Shown piece after piece: positions 1 to 9,331 of a DNA stretch of 54,207 bases. Source of the DNA: Catajapyx aquilonaris (Eukaryota); assembly GCA_000934665.2 (NCBI GenBank), contig JYFJ02002599.1, positions 1 through 54,207 of the forward strand, read 5' to 3'. The translations under genes were made by a program, and so were the position numbers. Every line of letters starts with the position of its first letter. The stretch's first letter is position 1. The notes beneath the pieces are model-generated. The model saw only the letters and a program-made list of their open reading frames with translations. It did not search any database and was not told the origin of the DNA.

Positions 1-1863
1 CACACCGGCGGTGCGAACACAACGCTGCACCCGTCCCTCGGCCCAACTTGGCCTCCGCGAGTGGGAAAAATCGTCGTGATCGTGCGCCCTTAATTCTAAG
101 TATTCATTCAATTGCCTTCTTTCTTCCACAGAAAGGGCTAGTAACAAGTGGCTGAATAGCATAACGACAGGGTTCCAGCACAGAATTAAAAATATTCACT
201 GATTGACAGTCCACCAGCCACTCCGTAGGCTGCATGTTTCTACTGATATTCGAGGTTACTGCGTAACTTGTAACATGTTCTAGCAATTTTCAAATCAGTC
301 AAGGGTAGGCTTCCGCTTATTGCACATGATTTAAAAGGCAAATGGTTTCACAAGAAAGACGTGTAATTTCACTGCCGGGACGTAAAGGCGTCTTAAAAAC
401 GTACCATTCTCTCAGGCAATTAGATCCTCCATCTTTTGTCCGTGTGATATATATGCATTTCTTATACAATATCCGTAATAAATAAATTCGAAATTTAAGC
501 ACTTCAATGTCACACTTATTGAAGGTTGGACGTTTACGGGCAATATGTCCGCGACTTTTGCTTGGATGTGATTCATGATGGGTTATTTACAGTATGCGCA
601 CGGTGTTCATTTACTGTGATATAAAGCCCGGAAATTCCATGTTCACAGCAACTCATGGTGTCATTCTTTCAGCTGAGCCATATCGTTTCCCATCCAAGGC
701 CAAATTGCATTCTCTCACACACCTTATAAATATCATTAATGGTGACAATAAAAGCCTCAGACTCATAGTCAGGTATATCTAGTTGAGTTTGAAAGGCACC
801 TTCGGAACTCAATAACATTATGAATAATTCAATAACTGCAGGGTTGGCACCGACCACCCTAATCGAATCTGAATCGGTGCACTGTTGTCAACATAACGGT
901 GAGCAAATTGCAAAAGCGTCATGTTGCATAACTTCTGCGTTATACGAAAGATTACGCGGACTTTAATATTGCTTCGCTCGTCTCAAGCACTCTTATGTAA
1001 CTAACAGCTCGCCACTGTCATTTTAATCACATTAGGTTCCGACATTGGCAGGAAGTAATTCGTCTCGTTTATAAATGCAAACCGTCTGCCGTATGCTATG
1101 CACTGAAAGACCTGTCTTTGATCTTCCTTACGTAATTATATACATACAGAAGAAGCGCAGCTTCGCAAATCCTGAGGCGATTCACTTTGGTGCTACACTA
1201 ATGGGTAGGTAGATTTACATTACCGCCAGTTTATAACTTCTAACCTTATTAAAGTCATCTGAAAGTCAACCTACTATCAAGTCATCTGAAACCCTGTGTA
1301 TATGGCAGTATCACTGACCATGTTCCGTATTTTCAGCGCGTGGAATGGAAGGTCGTAAATATCATCTCGCGGGGCATTAGCACAGTGTGTTATTATCGTA
1401 CGAGGTCGCCAAAACAGCACACAATTCATCCAATAGACGTGCCATTTCGGTGACAAATAGCCCAAAGCAAACGCATAATATATGCTGACGGGTTCAGCTT
1501 TTTCATCTTAGAACCGCGCAGTGAATGATCTCAACCCAGCTCATCCAAAGGGAAATCCCAGACATCCCCCTTTTGTTCACTTTGGCTTAATTTAGCCCGG
1601 ATGATCTCACTCAGATGACCCAGCCCATGACCTCCATGATACACAAATACCCCTGTAAGCACGTGCAGTCTGCGTGTCAACTTTTAATCACAACCTGAAA
1701 GGTGTCAGAGCAAAACACTCTTCCTTTGTTTGATGTACCCGGCGCCCTGTATAGCCGTTAACTCAAGTGATCCTTGAGAGCACCTATCAATCGACAAGAT
1801 GAATCACTACCGAAAAGCACCTGAGACAATCACAAATCGCGTCTCCATGGACACCCAACTCAC

Positions 1864-1967
1864 CACAAGTGAATCAGAGTCTGCACGTCGATATGTTCCT
1901 CCATTTCTTTAAGCCTGATTCGGTGATCCTGAAGAATGATCCCGCTCTCTTCAGTAGGGCACGCCAT
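1864..1967 (-). CDS. Probable first coding exon of an unidentified gene running off the left end of the window
   Basis: ATG at 1967 opens MACPTEESGIILQDHRIRLKEMEEHIDVQTLIHL and ends at a consensus donor TG|gtgagt (1863). GC-rich 1-88 could be the next (phase-2) exon, but its acceptor is weak. Confidence 0.4.
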
Positions 1968-3368
1968 GAGGAACTTCCTCTCTACTTTTTCCTCCGATAA
2001 ACCTCACCGCATATGTCGTGGAAAATCCAGGATGTCACCCCCGAACTGCAGCAGACCACGTGCAGCTTCCAGTGAGCACACGCATGGCAAATGAGTGAGC
2101 ACAACTTATTTACTTGTAAAGGGTATACGCCCCTTTAGATACATCAAAACCAGATAAACTCTCGGTCAAGGTTCGCGACTTCTGCAACGAAAAATATGTC
2201 ACAGTGTCCGCGACGTATGATGTCAGATATCATCACCTGAGCACCGCACCGCATATGCTGAAGGAAAGGCGGTGCTCCAATGATATAAAGCATGTGCCAA
2301 AGTGAAAGTCCTGTTACACCTCGACGACTACCGTATCCTTCGCTGAAAGACCGGTCATGCGACACTTGGACTGCACCAACACCCGGTAACTGTACTCAGC
2401 AATATCAACTCCATGTAATCTTTAGTGATATGATGAGATAAGTCGCGAATTTTAGCAAGTGGGCAACGTACCCTTATGGTCGCAAAACGTGAGTCAGGTA
2501 ATATATCGTGAGTCATATCAGGAGTTCATAATGGCCATATTTATAGCCGGACTACAATGCTACAGTTCATTGCCAAAGCAATATATGGGTCATCGATTAC
2601 CCCCAAAACATTTGCCTGCTGGTGTGGCACACCCTGCATGGAACATTGCAAAACTAGGAACTTCTATTTTGCGCTCGACATATTCCGTTACTGATTCAAT
2701 TGACAAAACCACAAAACTGACCTGCTCAAATACGATCGAGTAGACAACCTTGAAAAACATCAGGTGGATCGCCCACCCTCGCGACATCTACCAATCCCAA
2801 CCTGCACTACTGTACATATCGACCACCTTGGCAGATTAAAAAAATTCTGCAGTTTCCTTATTGTAATGTGTGTTGCATACAATACTCAGGAAGACATCGT
2901 TAACGAGATTAAAATCCGCGGATACTTGAGATATTCATGCCTTTGAAAGCAGGGTGGGTGTTTAAAAAAATTAAAGTCACGCTGTCGTGTAAAACTGTTT
3001 CCTCGGTTCTCCAAGACCTTCGCTTATATTTGACACGAGAAATGAATTCTTCACTCTTTGCCAGGAATGGCGTTAAATCCATGACACACTGACCCAGAAG
3101 TGCAAGCCTGGAAAATGCAGAATTCGCACAGATAATGTGATTAATTAACGGACCACGGTTTCTCTCACGCCTCACTTGCTCCGCTGTCTGTAAACATACC
3201 TAAAACCTTGCTATTGACTGGTTCCTCATTAAGCGCACCTTCTCTCAACTTTCTTATTGCCTCTCATTTGCCAAGAAGTTTTTCAAGTTTCCACATGGCA
3301 GATGCATTTAATGACACCTTGTTCAGATATTGAATATCACAGGTACAGGCTTCTCTCTAACGTCTAAA

Positions 3369-5000
3369 TCATTCTCCAATTTTAATAAGCTGCACAGCTT
3401 TGCAATTGGGATCAAAGTAATGATGTAGAATATTACTTTCATGGAGTAATGCCATAGATTCTGAGAGTCTGGATCACTCAAATGTTTCGTAAGCATGAGA
3501 GTACAGCAGTATGATACACTATATTACCACATATAAGGAAAAGCAGTTAGACATGAAATAAGCTGAAGCTATTCATGAAGGTTGATCAAATTAGATCAAT
3601 AGCGCAATATGTTTTTTAAACCTGGCATTTGGAATCCCCTTTGAAGGGATAGTTGTGAACCCATAAGTTCAGCAAGTTTGTCTACAGGTGGAGTTGAGCT
3701 GGATAACATGTGAACAAATTTGGTGGCATCATATCAGACATGCATGCTCCATGAACAAAAAGAGATCTGTTATTCGGCTTTGTGCCTAGATTGGACAAAA
3801 CGAATCCACATAAATTATATTGGCAAATGCAAGCACATCATGGAAAAGCCATATACCTAGCAGTCACTTTGTCTATGAGCAGTGTAAAAATATCCAGGAA
3901 GGGGAAAGTAACCTTGTCAGACGTGCAAGGTCCATGCCAAGTGAATGGAAAGGCGACAGGCAGAATATTTTTTACACCACTCGTATACATGTGCCTGGGT
4001 CAGACTCAGCAGGCCCATATTGTGCCTGCATTCTCCAATATTTTTATGAATTTTGTCCCCTCTATGCTCGAAACTGAATATGAGATTTCTCCTTGGTGAA
4101 TGTCCTGAGGAGGTGCTACCACTTTTAAACAAATGCTGTCAGACTCATGCTGCATACGGAGACCAACTACATGAAAATTCAAACAAACTTCTACCATCAG
4201 GCAACAGAGAAGGCAGTAATGATTTGCAGAAAAGAAAGAAGTAAAAGCAGATGTGTCACTCCTATGCAAACATTTACATGCAGTGTGTACATCACATTGA
4301 ATAAGCCTAACCTGGCACTACTGCTTACCTTTCCTCAATATTGAAGAGCACATGATCAGTCCGTTTAGTTCTTTCATCGCAGCTTGTAAGAGAGAAAAAT
4401 AAAATAAAACCATCAGAACAAACTCTCATAATATATTGAAGCAGTTGGTGCAATGAATGGCTTAAGGACCTTCAGACTTTGCAGCAATTCCCCTACAGTC
4501 ACATTTTAAATAGTAAATTGTTGTGCTTGCAAATCGCTTAAGTTATATCCTGCTGACACCCTACCATTATACACATTGTAAATGTTGTCTATAATACGCC
4601 ATCCTGTTCCATTAAATCTTCTGAATCCCTCAAATGCCTCTTTTACATTCCTGTAATTTTGTGTGTGAGTAAATGTTATGCAGTGACATAAAAATGTTTA
4701 TTGGTTAATTAAAGCAACGCCTTTCCACCCGAAATATCAAACCACCCATGCACATGAAGACTATGCATATGTTCCTTCCAAACTACTAAATACGACTGTA
4801 AGAGCAAATTATTGCAAAATGTAAGATTAGTCCTTCACCAGAAAAAAACCATTATGGCTACAAATGCACAAGATTCCTTACCTAAAGCAAAGGTGTCTGT
4901 TCTGGATCAGTTTGGCACGACTCATCTTCTCAGGAGAGTCAATCTGATCCTCACTATTGAGCGCAGAAAAGGCAGCTGCCAGCTGGACCTCCTCAGACAT
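3369..5000 (-). CDS. Uncharacterised ~183-aa protein, six short exons (ORF4)
   Basis: Phase-compatible exons 5000-4882, 4650-4565, 4382-4329, 4166-4026 (GC donor; otherwise stops at TGA 4006), 3681-3622, 3460-3369. Product MSEEVQLAAAFSALNSEDQ...RNVKEAFEGFRRFNGTGWRIIDN...LHHYFDPNCKAVQLIKIGE*. There is an in-frame TGA just upstream of the ATG and a 5'UTR intron at 5152-5014. Confidence 0.5.
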
Positions 5001-5152
5001 GATTCAGGTAGCTCTACACCAGAAGGAAATGTCATATTATCCATGTTCATCACCAGTTCATTTACCACTAGTAAAACATGTGCAAAGGATTCAGTGTAAC
5101 ATGTCCTGTGTGCCAATGTTTCAATCACAGGCAGGCAAGGATTTGAGCTCAC

Positions 5153-5385
5153 ATTGTGTCAGTCGAGGGTCAAAGCACGAGGCGTCAGGGGCAGCTGTGG
5201 CTTGGGCACCTGATGGGGGCAACACCCCTGGCACCTTTCACCCCGGCCTGAAACACAGCTGATCGGAAAGGAAATCCGAGGAAAATTATTGTCGCTAATT
5301 CGTCAGCGCGTCAGCCATGACACTCTCCAGTGGCGCCAACAGCTGGGGGAATATTTCGGGCATTGGGAGCGCGCGAAAATCGATC
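5153..5385 (-). promoter_or_regulatory. GC/CpG-rich putative promoter and non-coding first exon of ORF4
   Basis: Local GC island in AT-rich DNA; E2F consensus TTTCGCGC (5378-5371); donor AT|gtgagc at 5152 pairing with the acceptor at 5014. Confidence 0.4.
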
Positions 5386-6478
5386 AGAAACAATCAAGGC
5401 CAATTATCTCATGTCCAGTAATCTTAAATTAGAAGAAGAAGAAACAGAGGAGTCACCAGTTGCATCAGTTGATCTTCAATTCTGGGAAAATATCAGTGAT
5501 GACAAAAACAGCCTTACTTGATTGATAGCTTCACACAAGTCCTGTACCAGTGACATCAACCTGCAAAGTAAAGTTTAAATAATAGACAATATTATCTGAC
5601 AGTGAGTGAAGCTGTCAAGTTTAAGAAAAATACATTTATCATTGTTATATGTGTGCTTTATTAAAATTAATGTGAACACTGATGCGTGTTTTACAAGCCT
5701 GTCGTGTATTGGTACAAAATATATCATCACAATCATGCGGAATAACTATAAGTGCATGTTACTATCATATGCCATTGTAGCTGCTATGTCTTTGAACTTA
5801 GATTGAACCTTTGGTAAAGGATGTATGTTGCTGGATATTTTTTATATATCACTCTCTTACAAGGCCTTAGAAAACTAGAAGAACAAAAATTTCAACACCA
5901 GGGAAGCCTTCAAAAATTATATTGTATGTAGCAGAACAACTAAGCTTCACATTGAGAAGATAAGCATTTCTTTAATTGAACCTTTGGTAAAGGAATACGT
6001 TGTTGGAGATTTTTATATATCACTCTCTTACAAGGCACTAAAAAACAGCAAGAAAAATAATAATAATTCAACACCAGGGAAGCCTTCAAAATTGTAAAAC
6101 AACTAAGCTTCACATTGAGAAGATAAGCATTTCTTTTAAAACCAAATGACTAGACACATAATTATTTAAAAAAAATAACGGCTAACATCCATAACTTTGC
6201 ATTTGTGTTGTGCTGACTAAATATATTATAAACATATCTCAGCTTGCAAGCCAGGCATGTGCTGACGTTGAAGTTGACTTATATTTGTAAAAGTTCCCAA
6301 AAATATATAAAAGTACTTTGGTAGATAGGCACAAATGTCCTTATTATACTCCGGTTCCTCTGCAACCCTACTGCTAATGTCCCTTGATGCAAACATATTC
6401 TGGTCAGAAGTACTAGACAAACAATCTATCAGCCTCATTACACTTAATATTTCAGAGCTCCAAAGGCCATTAAAAAAC
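5384..6478 (-). CDS. Cryptic C-terminal exons (ORF3), possibly a long isoform of the F-box/LRR gene
   Basis: Exons 6478-6317 (FFNGLWSSEILSVMRLIDCL...ICAYLPK), 5560-5518 (LMSLVQDLCEAINQ, ttgcag/gtaagg) and 5422-5384 (ITGHEIIGLDCF*, long pyrimidine tract) join in phase 2/0. Confidence 0.4.
5802..6136. repeat. Imperfect tandem duplication, two copies of ~160-170 bp
   Basis: attgaacctttggtaaagga...aagcttcacattgagaagataagcatttcttt occurs at 5802-5973 and 5975-6136. Confidence 0.9.
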
Positions 6479-7105
6479 CTTTACAATACACAAAAACAAG
6501 TAAAAAAATGCAAACCCTATTAACGAAATGACCCAATGGGATTGATACAGAAGCTAATCTGTTAGCATTTAACGAAACCAATGCCATCTGCAAAATTCAA
6601 AGGTACCTGTCACAAAAAGTAATGGGATTCATAACATTAACAGAGGTAAAGAAAAATAATGATCATTATGCCAACAGGTTTTGAAATGATAAACAGCAAA
6701 GATGGGGTACTTTTGCACTACAAACGCAAGAGGATGAAAATCACTCAGGTCACCATATGACACTATCTTATTAGGCCAGTTTTGCAAAATAATAAAATGT
6801 AACTATGGTTTAAATGGGATTTGTTGGCTGAAAACCTTGATATTTCAATGTGGGCCTCCTTCACTGCTGCATTAAGAACATCTTAACATTACACCATATA
6901 CAACATGAACTCTAAAGCTTACCACTAATTGACTAATTTGATGAGCTCAGTTTGAACTTTTATTATTTGTGAACATAAGCCTAAGATCAACTCCTGCCAT
7001 ATTGGCAACAACCAAGTGCAGAACAAAAAGAAATTATATGTAGGGAATCATAACATCACATTCTTGCAACAAGTTGTGCAAAAGCAAGAGCTTTACACAA
7101 AATCC

Positions 7106-9316
7106 TCACATTCGAATGTCAGTTAAGACATTCACTCCCCCCGCAATTAACTTGATAACTGGTACTTCAGTAACGCAGGGGCAGGCGAGCAGCTGCACCT
7201 CCTTGAGATTCCTGGATCGAAGATTGTCAAAGCAGGACCCAGTGAAATCATCACAGGCTATGATGCTTAACCGGCGTAGCTTCCAGCAGTCGATGATAAC
7301 ACTCTCAACTCCCCAGTCATGCAGGGAACCACAGCGAGCCACAGTGAGGCTCTCTAGTCTAGGAATGCGGGACACAGAATTTAACACAGCTGCATTCACT
7401 GACAGGAGACCTGTCAGCTCCAGCACCCGAATGGAACGCATCTCTCTCCAAGTGAACAGTTTGCAGAGAAGTTTTGTCAGCCTGGTATTGTTTTGTGATG
7501 CCCTGCTGGATATGCTGGCATCCAACACCAGATGCTGAAGACGCACACAATTCCTCAATTCTACAAGTGATGGCATGCTGATTTCCACACCCCGGAGCTC
7601 CAGGCTCGTCACCGAGTTGCTCACCCTCGATAAGAGATCCACGGTCTTGTGATCAGAGCCCATCCTGCAATGATGGAGTACAGAGTTATTTCACAAATAA
7701 TGATCGTGGGGTATACTGATCAGGATGATGGATAATTTTTCTACCAACTAGTACATAGTTATGTCTACAATAAAATAAAAACCGTGAACAGGGTTGAAAA
7801 AGAAAAGTTTAAAAAATGCTTTTGCAGGGCCCTGTGATTCCTGGGTCATGCATGGCTAGCGAGAAAATTAGAGATATGTTTGCCGAATTACCATTAATTT
7901 TAATGGAGCCAAATTCTTGGACATGTGACTGATGAAATGCCATACATGTTTTTCTGAGTGCATTTTACAGAAAAACAAATTTCATAGGCACATTCTACTC
8001 GCGTTTCTCTTTCATTTGATGTACATGTTGATTGGGTTTTGACCACTTCCAATAACTGAAAAAAAATATCCAGAAAAGGCCCCATTTTCAAAATTTTCGC
8101 GATTTTTTCCCTCCCCACAGTACTTCGCAATTTGGCTGAAACTGGATATGCAGTGTTACGGCATAGGTGTGTACAGCTGTGATTATTTTCAGAAAAATCC
8201 GAGATGGTTCAGCAACATTTAGGCCCACTTGATTGGGAAAAAAACTGCTGTATTTGACAATTTTGGTTTTTTGCCTGCTCCGAGGTCAAAAACAAATCAA
8301 AGACAAAATGAATGCCTATTATGAGTTACTTGTGACCTAAGGAACACGAATATGAGGATGAATTTCCATGGACAATATCGTGTTGCATAGTGCACCATTA
8401 CACATAAAAGATACCATGTGTTTCTGAATTTGTCTGACATCTGTATCGGTAAAAATGTCATACACCTGACTAGAGAAGGAAGGCAAGGGAAAAGTTGTAC
8501 ATAGAGGAATGCGGCTTTGGTCCATACTCCAGCTTGAACTAGGCAGGACGACTTAAGAAAAGGAGTGCTGTTCCACTTTAAGCAGGAAGCCATGAAATTT
8601 CCACCAATGCAAATATGGGCTATAAATAGAAACACACTAATAATGTCACATGCTGATACAGACACATTTCAAATAGCTGAAAAAAAGCAGTTCACAACTT
8701 TCCTGCCTCAATGAGGTCAGAAAAAGGCTCAAAAGCCTCAAAAATTATAATTAAGTTGAAGGATCAGAATAAAGCATGGCACATGATACTTCAGAAAAGT
8801 ACAAAATAATACTTGCCTGTGATAAGTTGATATCTCAAGAAACTGCAGTCCAGGAAATGCTACACCATCATGAACATTACTGCAACGCTTATTGGCTTTT
8901 GTCACCTTTTTGCAGTCAGTCAACCTCACAGAACTCAGGTGAGGGCAGGCCAATGAAAAATGCTGAAGTTCCAGGATTGGCACCATGCAAAAGTGCATGT
9001 ACAGTGCAGTTACTTGCACGCAGTTCTGGGCCACAAAATTCAGAATGGCTGCTACCTGGTGCTCATTCCATTCAGCAATCCGTAGTGTCTGATTGCCTGA
9101 CTCAGGATTGATCTGGACTTCAAACAATTTTTCGTACTTTGTCTCAAGACAGAATTCCTGCCACAATTGCTGCCTCTTTGACAAATCCTTCAGCTTGTGG
9201 CACACCTGAGGAATGATAACAAGGCGTTCATACGCAGGGACGAGCCCAAGTATACGAATTAGGATTTCATCAGGAAGTTGAGTCAGACAAGTAATTGGGC
9301 ATCGTATCATCTCCAT
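7106..9316 (-). CDS. F-box and leucine-rich-repeat protein (FBXL-like), ~352 aa, two exons
   Basis: Exon 1 9316-8817 has an F-box (LTQLPDEILIRILGLVP...VCHKLKDLS...LW). GC donor AG|gcaagt (phase 2) joins acceptor ttgcag|G at 7664. Exon 2 7664-7106 has Cys-containing LRRs (LESLTVARCGSLHDWGV; LRRLSIIACDDFT; LKEVQLLACPCVTE). AATAAA at 6964-6959. Confidence 0.85.
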
Positions 9317-9331
9317 AACTAGGACTTAGAC

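Noticed and set aside
4993..5013. Stop-start overlap (ATGtcTGA) between ORF3 and ORF4
   Set aside because: Needs a 5518->5013 splice; a nearer, stronger acceptor at 5423 gives a simpler terminal exon.
5157..5349. LTR (TGTCA...TGACA) plus primer-binding site TGGCGCC
   Set aside because: No second LTR, TSD or gag/pol; better explained as a GC-rich promoter and first exon.
8405..8414. Second U12 donor (GTATCTTT)
   Set aside because: Mismatch to consensus and no CCTTAAC branch point at downstream acceptors.
6900..9330. U8 snoRNA (SNORD118), which lies in the human TMEM107 3' region
   Set aside because: No recognisable U8 sequence or C/D box pair seen; an Rfam search would be needed to exclude it.
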